A DNA stretch of 64,000 nucleotides, taken from positions 1,075,452-1,139,451 of the forward strand of contig NMRA01000046.1 of assembly GCA_002633005.1 (NCBI GenBank), written 5' to 3'. The DNA comes from Phoronis australis (taxonomy: Eukaryota; Animalia; Phoronida). Under the pieces are notes generated by a model. It had not been told where the DNA came from. It was given only the letters and a program-made list of their open reading frames with translations, and made no database searches. Positions 38,536 through 50,700 of this stretch are shown here, one piece after another. Each line of letters begins with the position of its first letter. Positions within the stretch are counted from its first letter, which is position 1. The translations under genes were made by a program, and so were the position numbers.

Positions 38536-40704
38536 TCCATGCACGACCCCCCATTTGGCGGAGAGGGCAAAAAGATCCGCCCCTGAGAAACAAAAAGTAC
38601 GAGAGAGTGAGATAAATGTCCACTAAACAGGCACAAACGCGCAATTCACCAAAAGGTCCACAACGTCAGGAATTCGAGCCCCCCCCAAATCGAAGGCTGT
38701 GTGCGCGCATATGATATCGAAGAACATCTCTGACCGCAATACATTGTTTTAGTGGACAGTCTAGTGCCTACTGTTAACTAAATGTAAATCAACATCACGC
38801 TCGAATAGATGCGTTGCTTTAAATATCATGAGTGACATAATAGTTGTTTTAAAACGTAAAGGACATGCTGTCAAGCCAGTCCCGCTCTCGCTTGGACGTG
38901 GTTGTCAAGCGAAACAATGTGTAAATAAGTTCATCTAAACAGCAGTGAGAAGTGAGCACCGGGTCTGAAAAACTGGCCTTGTTGAACAAGTGCCAAGTTT
39001 AAATAAACACTGGTTTTGAATTTTACGCATTTTTATAAGTCTTTAACCTTAACTGTTCACTGTTCAAATTGTTTTCACTCTTGTTACAATTTACTATGTA
39101 TATGTGAATATCACTCCTTGCGCACGTTGGTGGCGCTGCAAAAATGAATGTTGTGTATTGTTGTTTGAGACTCAATGCCTCGTTTTAGCATCAATTTTAA
39201 CAACGCAAATGTGAAAGCGCGCGTGAAACAAACAGGCAAAACCATAGATTGGACAGAAAAACTCGTTTGCAAGCATAATGACGAATTTGTGCAAGTGGTA
39301 AATAAACGTTTAGTATATCTATAAAATCAAACATAGTTTACCGGCGCGTGTCACTTTGTGCTGGCACGTGGGTTTTTTTTAGACGCTGCTTGTGCAGCAT
39401 GGTGTTATTTTACATTACATTGTTTTCAAAGTTGGAAGACTAAATGTGGCTCACACCTTTGTTTGGTAAGCAGCCCATTTAACGCTTGCGTTCTTTAAAT
39501 CAGTAAACTTTTATACCTTACGTTTGACACCTATGCATGACCAAACCATTGTAACTATTTCCTGTGCCGTGTGCGTTTACGTCGAACATTGCAACTGTAT
39601 GGTAAGGTGGGGCAGCGCGCCTACCCTAAGAATTTTCCTTCGTAATTTCCAAAACAAGAATTCTAGGAACTTCAAAACTTACACATGAGTGCATGTTGAC
39701 ACATACTACCGATGTGTAAAATTTGGGGGAACTGGGTCTCCCTCTTTTTGGTGCAGCTAGTTTCGAAAATATTTTTGAAAACGGGCGTTTTGCCCCAGGA
39801 CCGAGGCAAAACACCCATTGGGTGGGCATAGTACCTCACACGTGTATTTTGGTAAATATAATTAAGTTTTAGTTGCCAATACTGCAATTCGTATCAAATG
39901 TAAAACATATTAATAATGAAGAACATGAGAACTGTTTTAATTTTTTGATGTAATAAGTCACAAATCAGAAATACAGATGATTCCAAATCTGGGCCTGTTT
40001 CACTAAAATGTAACTTTACGAATTTTTTCGCTGTCGGTTTAGACTGAGGCTTAGGCAAAACTCCCGACTCTTTGATATAAAACGTCGTTAAGTTACAACA
40101 TGTTAGTGTAAAACACTCATGGGTACAGTCCAAAAAATGTCAACGTATCGAGAGTCGAAAATAAACCATTGCATGCAATCCAATACTAGTTGTTTGGGTT
40201 TCCTTACAGTTCCAAATTGAGAAACCAGTACAAACAAACGTCTTATTATGATCAGCCACAGATCGGGCGTACAAATGATTTCGAACCTGGCGTACAGGCT
40301 GAATGGGCCCAATCAGAACAAATTTGACTCCGTATCCACATTTCCTCAGGTGCACTGTTCGAATATAAATCGCTGCATATCGGTTACGCACTGACAGTCC
40401 ATTTCGTTGGCGTCAGCGGCAGTAAACGTTCTTTGCCCACAACGTTTTCTTTGTGGCGCTTTCTTTAACTTTAGTTTCACCAAACGTTTTGTTTCTCCGC
40501 AAGTTGTTTCTTTTTGGGTGACGAGGTCAGAATTGCTGATGACTCGGACCTATAGACCGGCAGCCCAGAGCACATAGCATAGATGAACGAGGTACCAACA
40601 TCTGACCACGGGAGCATTTAAAGCCCACCTCAGTATGTACAGAAATGGGCGTCTGCCGTTGTCTGCACTCTGGGTGTGACCCCTGGGGGCCTTACAAAGA
40701 CCCC

Positions 40705-41750
40705 AAAAAATGAGCTAGCCTAGATATTCGAGGTACCAACCAAAACTGATTTAAAACGAACAATAGTACCGCACTGAACACCGAATGACCCATGACAGAC
40801 AAATTGCACTCTGGAATGGGTCCGGCAGAAACCAAAAAAGGACCCCCCAAAAATGAGCTAGCACATACATTCGAGGTACCACACAAAACCAATTCCATGT
40901 GATTCAATACATGTCACAGATCACTAAAACCCCTATGACAGACAAAATACACTCTGGGTTGTGCCCGGCAGAAACCCCCAAAAATCTCAACCATGGTATG
41001 CCATCAAAAATTTGAGCTAGACTAGATTTTCGAGGTACCGGCCAAAACTGATTTTAAACGAACAATAGTACCGCACTGAACACCAAATGACCCATGACAG
41101 ACAAATTGCACTCTGGAATGGGTCCGGCAGAAACCAAAAAAGGACCCCCCAAAAATGAGCTAGCACATACATTCGAGGTACCACACAAAACGAATTCCAT
41201 ATGATTCAATACATGTCACAGATCACTAAAACCCCTATGACAGACAAAATACACTCTGGGTTGTGCCCGGCAGAAACCCCCAAAAATCTCAACCATGGTA
41301 TGCCATCAAAAATTTGAGCTAGACTAGATTTTCGAGGTACCGGCCAAAACTGATTTTAAACGAACAATAGTACCGTACTGAACACCAAATGACCCATGAC
41401 AGACAAATTGCACTCTGGAATGGGTCCGGCAGAAACCAAAAAAGGACCCCCCAAAAATGAGCTAGCACATACATTCGAGATACCACAAAAACAATTACAT
41501 GAGATTCAATACATGTCACAGGTCACTAAATGCCCTATGACCGGCAGACAAAATACACTCTGGATTGTCCCTGGCAGAAACCCTCAAAAATCTCAACCAC
41601 GGTTTGCCATTTTTGAGACAGTTAGATTTTCAAGGTATCTGCTTAAACTGATTTAAAACCAACAATCGTGCTGCACTGAAAACCCAATGACCCGTGAAAG
41701 ACAAATTTTACTCGGAAATGGTCTGCCAAAAACCCAGAAAGGACCTTAAA
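40705..41750. repeat. 302-bp satellite, about 3.4 copies, with two internal subunits
   Basis: caaaactgatt at 40741, 41043 and 41345 (variant at ~41645); atgacagacaaa..cactctgg occurs twice per unit. Confidence 0.92.
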
Positions 41751-42269
41751 AATTGGAGGTACAATCGTTCATGCAGCTTTCCCCTGCTAGTTCAAGTACT
41801 CGGGTGGGAAATCCAAACAACTGGATAACAAGATATTAAAAATTGCACCACGAAAATCGAAGTACACAATTGGTGACAAAAGTTGTGTATTTAATAAGTT
41901 AACTGCAAAAAGCGGGACCGCAGGAAACAAAAACTAATTATAAAAAACTTTCGTTCACTAAAGCCTGTGTTTACTCTCATGATCACTACAAGCGAAAAGC
42001 AGACGGGTGTCAAGATGTAAGACAGTTAACTCGCCTAGTTGTAACTTTTTGAAGAAATTTTTACATGATGTCGAAATTCAGTGTAGTGTATAGTGTTTGC
42101 AATGTTTTAGTTTCGTGGAGTCATTTGTCGATGGCCGACATAATGTCTACCGTGATAAAATACAAATCACCCCTAATTTGGTGCGCAGCCACGCGGTGGA
42201 GTCCCAATGCTATTTAAATAAATATATAAACAACGATGTGTTTCGGTAACAAGGGGTCTCGCTGCAGCA

Positions 42270-43314
42270 TTGCCTGAAAATTGCATGCAATGACAGGGTG
42301 TGACGTCACAGCAGCACTGTTTAGGAAAGGGAAAGGGAGGCCTCTGGAAATCCTGACGAAAGACTCGTCTGGGACACTTATCAGCTTCTTCTCAGAGTTA
42401 ATAAGCGTAGATGTCCCAGACGGAAGAAAGTTAGAAGAAGACATATGCCTCCTATTTAATGAAGGGAGGAGTCAAAGATGTCAATGAAGCGCCGATATCT
42501 GAAATTAATAGAGACGACCGGAAAAATGAACAAGGTAATAACTGTAATTGATAAAATATAGTTCATAAAAGCAACGAAAATAATTTCAAATGTTTTCATA
42601 CTGTTAAACCAAAATGCCCAGTTTCACGTCAAAAAACAGTAAATGGTGGTGAGATTTCATGCGCGCACCCGGGGGGGGGGCTCGAAGGAGCCCCCCATTA
42701 GGCGAAGTGGGCAAAAAGGTCAGCCTCAGAGTAAACAAACAGTCCGTGGAAACGAGACGAAAGTCCACTAAAAAGGCGCAGACGCACAGTTTACAGTACT
42801 GAAGGTGGTATCCCGTTTTTTTAGTCCTCCAGCTTTTCTGTTAGCAAAAGGTCCACTTGGTCAGAAATTTGAGCCCCTCAAAACTAGAGGCTGGGTGCGC
42901 GCATGGGTTTATGTTTTTGTTCGTCAGCTTTTAGACAATTGGTCCCTTGTCAATAAAATTTTCTCCGATGTCCAACATCAAGAAGATTGACTGCGCATTT
43001 TTCCTCCTTGCCGAAAGACACTATTGAACAAGCTCAAACGAGCCCATTATGTTGCCGTGCTCTGAGGCCAAGTGGATTCGGCCGATCCGGAAAACGGTTT
43101 GGATCCTCTTACCTATGGTTGGAAGGTACAAGATGGATACTACTTTCCCAAATGGTTTTGTGGATCTGCCGTTCCTGATGTCCTTTTTGAAGGTGCTGGT
43201 CTTTTACAAGAAAATCAAGCCGATCAAGAGGTAAAGGAAATGGGCTATGACGAAACAAGCGAGCCCGAATCAAGCTGGAGTAGCAGTGACGAATCTGATA
43301 TTGAAACGTATTAA
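42270..43314 (+). pseudogene. Academ(X)-like transposon protein, C-terminal XPG-like fragment, degenerate and intron-split
   Basis: HAMTGCDVTAALFRKGK motif, then FPPCRKTLLNKLKRAHYVA and LDPLTYGWK...PKWFCGSAVP; stops and frameshifts; donor ~42533 and acceptor ~42928. Confidence 0.65.
42658..42905. mobile_element. GC-rich MITE (hAT-like); a related copy lies at ~38538-38713
   Basis: TIR CATGCGCGCACCC / GGGTGCGCGCATG; shared aaaaggtccac motif. Confidence 0.7.
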
Positions 43315-43624
43315 AAACTAACAGGAAACTACTGTTGACATTAAACATATAGTATGTAACTTGATGTTCTTGTCGATACAGTGATTTTGACTAGCTGTTT
43401 GAAAGTGTTGCTCTATTTCATGTACTTTATTTTGATTAAAGAAGGTTTTTGAAAACACGTTTGTTACTTTTCTTGTCGACGCTCAATCTCGCGAATTCCA
43501 TCGGTTGTATTTCGAGGAACCTTTAAGTTCATCATACACCAAAGCGTCGACTTCGGCGGCTTCTTGACCCTCAATTTCTGGAATTTCATCCGTTGCATTT
43601 CGAGGAGCTGAAGGTTCATCGTAC

Positions 43625-44110
43625 ACCAAAGCATCGTAGTGTCCTACACCTTCTCCAAAGCTGTGAAACATAACAGATTTGGTGGTGTTGCTGTCATACT
43701 AGTCTTTTTCATACTGCCGTATGAGACCACGCACAGACATTGTTCATTACTTGAATTGGTCTGTTAAAGACATGACTTGTAGCAATAATCTCGAACTCCC
43801 CGGGCATGGTTGATGAAAGAGACGCTGCTTGAATACGCTGCCCAACCGATGAGTATTTCATATGCTGGTTCCTGTTACCATTGAGCGTACTGTACTCGTT
43901 GTCACGATACTCGTGGATATTTGTACACATGTACTGAAAAGCCTGACAACGAATTGCATCAGCCTACGTTTGTTCTGAAAGAAAAAGAACAGGATCCAGC
44001 ATTGTTCCATGGATATCGCTGTCTGCGTGCCGAAGTTTGTCGTCCATGGCAATAACAATGCTTCGAAAAAACCAACGTTCGTCATCTATGGTTTTTATAA
44101 ACTTCACTCG
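43625..44110 (-). pseudogene. Degenerate OTU-like cysteine protease domain downstream of the transposase
   Basis: TIDDERWFFRSI (cf. GDGxCFFRS), ADAIR, GEFEIIATSHVFNRPIQV, GHYDAL. Confidence 0.75.
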
Positions 44111-44379
44111 GTAGCTTGGTTCACTGGCTGGTGTAGGAAGGACATTGTCACCGTTAGTGGACGTTCTGCCGCTAGCACATGCCACATTTTCACCGCTAAC
44201 GTCATCTGGCAAAAGGCACTCTGCGCTTGGTAGACTGTCTCCAACGAACTCTTTACCACATTCAGTAGCTGTAGCGAACCTGGGGCCCACATTTACATCT
44301 CCATCGGTTTGCAATCTTTCTTCCATCGGTGGATCAGGGGTGGCATGCGGAGCAGTAGACTGCATTTCGACGTCAACAG

Positions 44380-45571
44380 CTAAATCATGCTGATTGCTGA
44401 AAAATTGCCTTCAACTCCATCTGACTCACACACAAACTGGTCAGCTGTGAACACCTCAGGGTCATACAGTCGTAAATCACACGATCGAAACCCATTTATC
44501 GCCTGCAGTGGTGTTGCAGTACGCCTTGCCAAATAATTCTGCCATTTGATGAATGGTGATTTTTGACCACGACAGGAAACCATCCAATTATCAGCAACGT
44601 TGTCGTATGCGCTTTTGAGCGACTTAAAATACGGCATATCCTGTGAGAGCATTTTTTGTATGCTGTGGGGTGTGAAGGTTAACATATGTATGCCGTTTGC
44701 TCTTGCATAATCGATAGCTTCTAATGACTTGTGGCTTTGGTGACCATCTAACAGAAGGACACGATGACCTTGTTATTGCCACGAACTGCTCTAGCCACTT
44801 CACAAATAGGCCAGAATCAGGCCAACCACTTGGTGAAGCCTAACCAATTGACACAGGGGAGTACCTGACGTCATGTGAGAAACCATTCGCTTCTGCGGGA
44901 TTAAAACAAACATAAAGGACAATAACACTTCAACATCGTTCATATGACAGTAACCATAAGACACTTTAATTTTCCAACTTGACGTGCTCCCTTCGTGGCA
45001 ACAATCTTACAGGGTTTCTGGACACTGGTTACGCATGTTTCGTCCATATTCCAGACATTTGCTGTATCGATTTGGTGACTGTCGATTAATTCCTTGTACG
45101 CTGAGAAAAACTTGTCAACCTCTGTTCTGTTAAACGCAGACATCCTGGACAAACTGACTCCTTGTGGCTCTCTCAGACTTAATTCTAGCTGGCGTCTCTT
45201 AAACCCCAACGGCCAGTCTTTGCCAGCCATTCGGATGTTCTCGTTAAGTGGGTGACTGATTCCGGCTTTTTTAGCAACATCAAACGCCTAATGCCAAAAG
45301 TAGTCATGCCACACAGAGACCTCTCCATTTGTTTGATATGCTACATATTTCATTTTCCACATGTTCCGGTAAAGCTGGAATGTGGCAACCAAGCTTGAGT
45401 TGTTCTGGAGTAGTGAGAGATTTATCACTGTGTCTTCACAACGTCCTGGCGGGAACACCATACCCCTTATTCAAGGTTAACAATGGAGTACCATTGTTAA
45501 CCAGAGCTTTTCCTAAAGCGTTATCTCCGTAACTGCCCCTGTTGTTTTTTTTTCTTATACGTTCTGACCAG
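44380..45571 (-). pseudogene. pogo/Tigger-like DDE transposase pseudogene (HTH + CENP-B HTH + DDE_1)
   Basis: VRTYKKK start, YGVPARTL, AGKDW..GFKRR..LSLR.P, WNMDET, LLDGHQSH..LEAIDYARANGI, FKSLKSAY, AINGFRSC; several stops and frameshifts. Confidence 0.9.
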
Positions 45572-45994
45572 TTGGTAATCTGTAAAATCAAAACAATAAT
45601 TTGAATGTATCGATCATTTTAATTTTGAACATCAAGAAAGCTTTTAGTTGAAAAATAATGCGTTATACGACAGATTCACAGATGTACCGGAGTTTGTTTT
45701 ATATGGGCCAAACGCCTGCCCCGTTCGGCACCAGGGTGTTTTGCCTCAAAATGACGTCAAACGAAAAATCCATGCCGCAATTTTTAGCAAGATTTCAAAG
45801 CACACTATTTGCGCTCACTCTATTAATGAAACTTTTCAAATGAATGGCCAACGCAGATGCGATCGAAACCTTGACAACAGGAGCGTACAGACGAGTCGAA
45901 ATCAGGTCAGACCGTCTCGTTTACTAGTTGGCTATCCTAGAACTGAGGAGTGAGTTCGCTCAACAAGCTTATTTATCCAAAATTATTCTCTTCT

Positions 45995-46162
45995 GAGTCT
46001 GTAAGGGGTACTAGGGAATTTGAGTTTGAGTCTGTGAGGGGTACTGGGGTATTGGAGTTTGAGTCTGTGAGGGGTACTAGGATATTGGAGTTTGAGTCTG
46101 TGAGGGGTCCTGCTGGGGTATTGGAGTTTGAGTCTGTGAGGGGTACTAGGGTATTAGAGTTT
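45995..46162. repeat. 33-bp minisatellite, about 5 copies
   Basis: Unit gagtctgtgaggggtactrgggtattggagttt. Confidence 0.9.
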
Positions 46163-46269
46163 CTCTATTATTTGAACAGAAAGATCTGGTAGATTACGGT
46201 GTTTGGAATTGAAATGATTACCTTTAGAATCAGAAATGTTTTTATGTATTATGTTAAATCTATAATTGC

Positions 46270-47104
46270 GAAAAAAGCCTTCCATGTAGCCTTGCACTTA
46301 GAATTCGACGCATTTGTTCAGAAGAGTCTGCCTTTAATAACCGTTTAAAAGAACTCAAACATTACCTACTTCAACGTCATTTCCCTTACATTTTATACTC
46401 AAGCAGTTTGACAAAGTACGCTCAATCACAAGAAAATCTTTAAGAACTAAAACGAAAGATAATACTAATAATAGAATACCTTTCATAATCATGTTCGATC
46501 CATGTTTAAACGGAATTAGCCACCTCTTCAGAAAACACGTTTCCACTATGCATAGTTCTCCTCAAATGAAACACTTATTTCCTCGTCCACCTATAATTTC
46601 TTGGAGAAAATGAAAAAGCCTAAAAATTCTATAGTTAGAGCAAATATGGACAATAAAAACCAAACTGACAAACCTATTGACAACAGACAATGTAACAAAT
46701 TTAGATACAAAATGTGTAACTTTATCAACGATAATTCTTTCTTCCAGTCTTCTCAAACCAATGAACACTTCGAAATAAAACAATATTCTGACTGCACCAC
46801 CAACAATATCATTTACCTAATAACATGCAGAAAATGTTCCATTCAATATGTAGGACAAACTCAACATAATCTACTAACTCGGTTTCGCAACCATAGATTT
46901 AACAAAAAACATAAAAACATTTCTGATAGGCCTGCTATAGATAATCATTTCGATACCAAAAACTTTAATCTTCAAGATCTTTCTGTACAAATAATAGAAA
47001 AACTCCAATACCCTAGTACCCCTCACAGGCTCAAAAGAGAACCATTTTGGATAGATAAGCTTAACACACTTGAACCTAATGGATTAAACATAACGAGTTC
47101 TTAA
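46270..47104 (+). mobile_element. Penelope-like retroelement 3' fragment (Neptune-type GIY-YIG endonuclease), frameshifted
   Basis: RIPFII.F.P, FPRPPIISWRK, CTTNNIIYLITCRKCSIQYVGQT, R..RFRNHR, RE.FWI.KLNTLEPNGLN. Confidence 0.9.
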
Positions 47105-47717
47105 ATTATACCGTTTACTTTTTTGCACAGCAATCTATCATGTTCATTACGCTAAATATCAGACGTCATTTGTCATATCGTGTTTGATTTTACTTTTTTT
47201 CTGTTTCTGTTGACAAGGGATGTTATTTTATCTGAAAATTTCAGTTGATTCGTTATTGTTGTTTATTTACCGTGATGAAATTAGATTAGTATGTTATAGC
47301 ACGGTTTGATACTATTTGTTTATTGTCTTGGCATTTAGCTAATAGTCTTGTTGAGTGAAACATCTGTTAGGCTGGTAATTTGTTTATTGTGGTTAGAATT
47401 TGTTTATTTAGGTTTGTTAGTGCTACTTTCTTTAGTTGTGTGGTTTTTGCTGGAAATACACTTATCTCATATGGAACAATTAATGGAGACTCCTCCGCTG
47501 CACCAATGAGCAGGCAAGTGACCGGAGTGTCCGGATTTCTGAATCTGCGCTTGCTATCATCAGCAGTTTTGTAAGTGGTGTCGTTCGACAAAATGTTTCT
47601 TTGGAACTGATTTTGATGAAATTTAAAAGTTATTCAATTTGGTTTCGTGGTAGCATTGTACTGTCTGCTGCTGTGGGCATGCTTGTTGTTTCTTAAAGTT
47701 TATTTATTAGAGTGTCG

Positions 47718-50700
47718 ATGGTGGATAACAGTGTCAACCAGAGGAAAAAATTAGCGCCCACTTGCCTTCGCAGAGGTGAGTTGTTTTTTCAACAAAAGAG
47801 GACTCATCTGTGAAAACGACAATTCATTCAAAACAAATTCACTGTTAAAATACATGGCGAGAACAGTCAAGGACTTCCGACTTCGATAGTGGTAAGAGAC
47901 ATGTTAAGTGCATATAATAACTGTCATGTCTTTCTTTTTCCATTGCAGGCATACTGTCTCTTGCAAAAATTCATGTTATCGGGTACAATTACGACAAAAT
48001 ACCAGGTAAGTGAAGGCTCACCATGCAGACGATTTGACTGAATAAACTTGGTCCTGAGGTACATGTGTTCATGTCCTCCACGTGTTACATTTTAATTGAC
48101 GCACGTTAGTTAATTATTATGATTAATCACTTTTTGAAGCAATAAAACACGATTTGACTCTAGGGTGCCCGATTTTCAATGGTAATCGATAACGATATTG
48201 CTTATTGATACGATATTTAACGGTATTTTATAGATACGTGCAAAATTTGCATTTTCGTGTTCGGTTCCTGCGCAAAAATCAACTTGGTTATTCTCTCAAG
48301 TGCTCCACTACGCAAACGTGGACGCGCTACGCATACTCAACACGAAACCATGGACTCGCATAAACTAGTTACGAAGCCACGTAAAACTGTTAAAAATGCA
48401 CGTTCTTGATCATACTTCACGCAGTATAGTTTGTCAAGAACCGATAAGAAAACCGGTACTTTTGTTATCGGCCGGTATTTTCTTAAAACTTCATTTCGCC
48501 CTGTTTAACTAGCCAAAAACGAAAGCCGAATTAAGCCTTTAACACTCATGAAATCGGCGCAACAAGAACATCAAAACCAACAACAAATGAAAAACCCCGT
48601 CAGGGTTTAATATTGGGGTTGGCCAGCTCTAAACTAATTGTGAATTCGAAAATGGCAAATGTACGCGTTGACTGTGAATTAAGTTAGTAATGGAAATAGA
48701 AACCTATCGCGGTGAGAAATATTATGAGACCATTTTAATGAAAGTAAAAGACCTACTGCTAATTCCATTTGCGATTTTTAGCCTTCTAAATATAGCGAAT
48801 GCAGTTTTCATTATTATCGAAATGTACTGTACAACAACTCGCTTTCAGTAAAGAAAAGACAAAATCCCCCAAACCGATGTGGAAATATTAACAACCCACC
48901 AAAATAACGTTTTAAATAATGGGCCTTCATAGAGACCAAATCAATTACTGTCACGGCAAGAGAAAAAATGACGATCAGCAGGACGCTCATATAAAAATAA
49001 AAAATGCCGACAGGGCTACTTTTTTCTTTCAGATAAAACGAATTGAAGCTATTCGTTATCTGAACTAAAAATTTGTAAGTTTCCGCCTCATACCAATAAA
49101 GTTCTCAAATTGGTGAACAAAGTACCCGACTGTTTTACAAATAATTCTGAGCTTTTTATGTTGTTGGGAAAACTTTTTCCGTCCACCGTGAATGATCCAC
49201 AAATGCAACTTTGTCGTTGTAATAGCCGTGTTGACAATTTGAGAATGTAATTAAAGTCTAAATTGTCATAACTTCTACAAATGCTGACAATCCAGGCGTT
49301 ATAACAAGTTAATGAATTTAAGCGATTGTGACCACTTAGACATGCGCATTACTATAATGCAATATTTTCAGAGCATGTCACGGTAATGTCATTTTATAAT
49401 ATATTGGTTTTCCCGTCATTGTTCCACTTGATCGATAATTGTGTTAATAAGAATGGGTTTGAAATTATATTAAACTATGACGTCACAAATTTGTGAAATT
49501 AAAATCTTTTTGTTGTGCAAAGTGCACTTCAGTTGACTTAACTTTGGCGTTTTCACAATGAGAAATTTATATCAATGAATCTTTCGAGAAAATGATAATT
49601 TAATATTCTTTGAAAGGAGTTTGTAGTAAGGAGGCTCTATAAATTTTGTCTTTGACGATAATGTGTCAAAATGGATTAAAGATTGCACCGTAGTTCTTTA
49701 AGTGTGATGTATTGAATTAGTAAAACTGACGATTGGACATGTAGTTCAGAAAAGATATCTGGTAACTCTGTACAGGGAGTCGTAATGCTCGCTTATGTGA
49801 CGGGGCCAGTGAGGAGTCTTTTCGCTGTGGCGATGATCATGTGATAGCTGTGATTCGAATCTGGGTGACCTGCAATCAACAATGTTGTGATGACGGTGCC
49901 GGATGCTGGAAGAAAAGCACGATCAGACAAAATGATACAAATGACAGTGTCAGTCGACCTCAGCTGTGGAGGTATATTGAACAGAGGTGTTCGTATGTTC
50001 AGCAATGCACAATTTACAAAAATGAAATACAGGGACTCGCAGATGTCTGTGGCAGAGGACTATTGAGACTTCATTACGCGTGCGTACTTCCAGGTAGTTC
50101 TAACAGACGGTTGAAAATTGAGTTAAACCTAGTCGTCTAAAATCAGTCTTAAAATATTGCTTATTGTGATAGCATGCTAGTTCCGTTACCAACGTTGGTC
50201 ACATTTGCAATACGTTTATGCGCCATTTTGGAAACCGCAATTTTAGAGTTGGCCAACGCCAATATACTCAGAAGCATTTACTGATTTTGAGGTTCTTCTT
50301 GGTAACAGAAATTGAATCCTATCACGATATTATCGGTATAGTAAGACCGAGTAATTGAGGGTAAAGGGCCAATTCAATTTACCAGTGATTCGTTTTTTGG
50401 AGAGCTAAACAGAACGAAGTGCAACTTTAAGCAACAACAACTATATAATAGCTTCCAGCTTCTAGAGTGACGTCACCGCGACGCACGTTTTTCTTACTGA
50501 TCGCAATAGGCACAGTAACTCAATGCATTACATGCGGTGTTCTAGTTTTTCAATCTATCTATGTATCTATTTATCTATCTGAGTTTCTCGACAGCAAAAT
50601 TTTCTCGAGACAAGTTTTCAATTGCCTATAATAGATAAATGCTCTAATTGGCGACAGGATACTGATTTCGTGTCAGGGGTAAGTTGATGTAAAAGATGAC

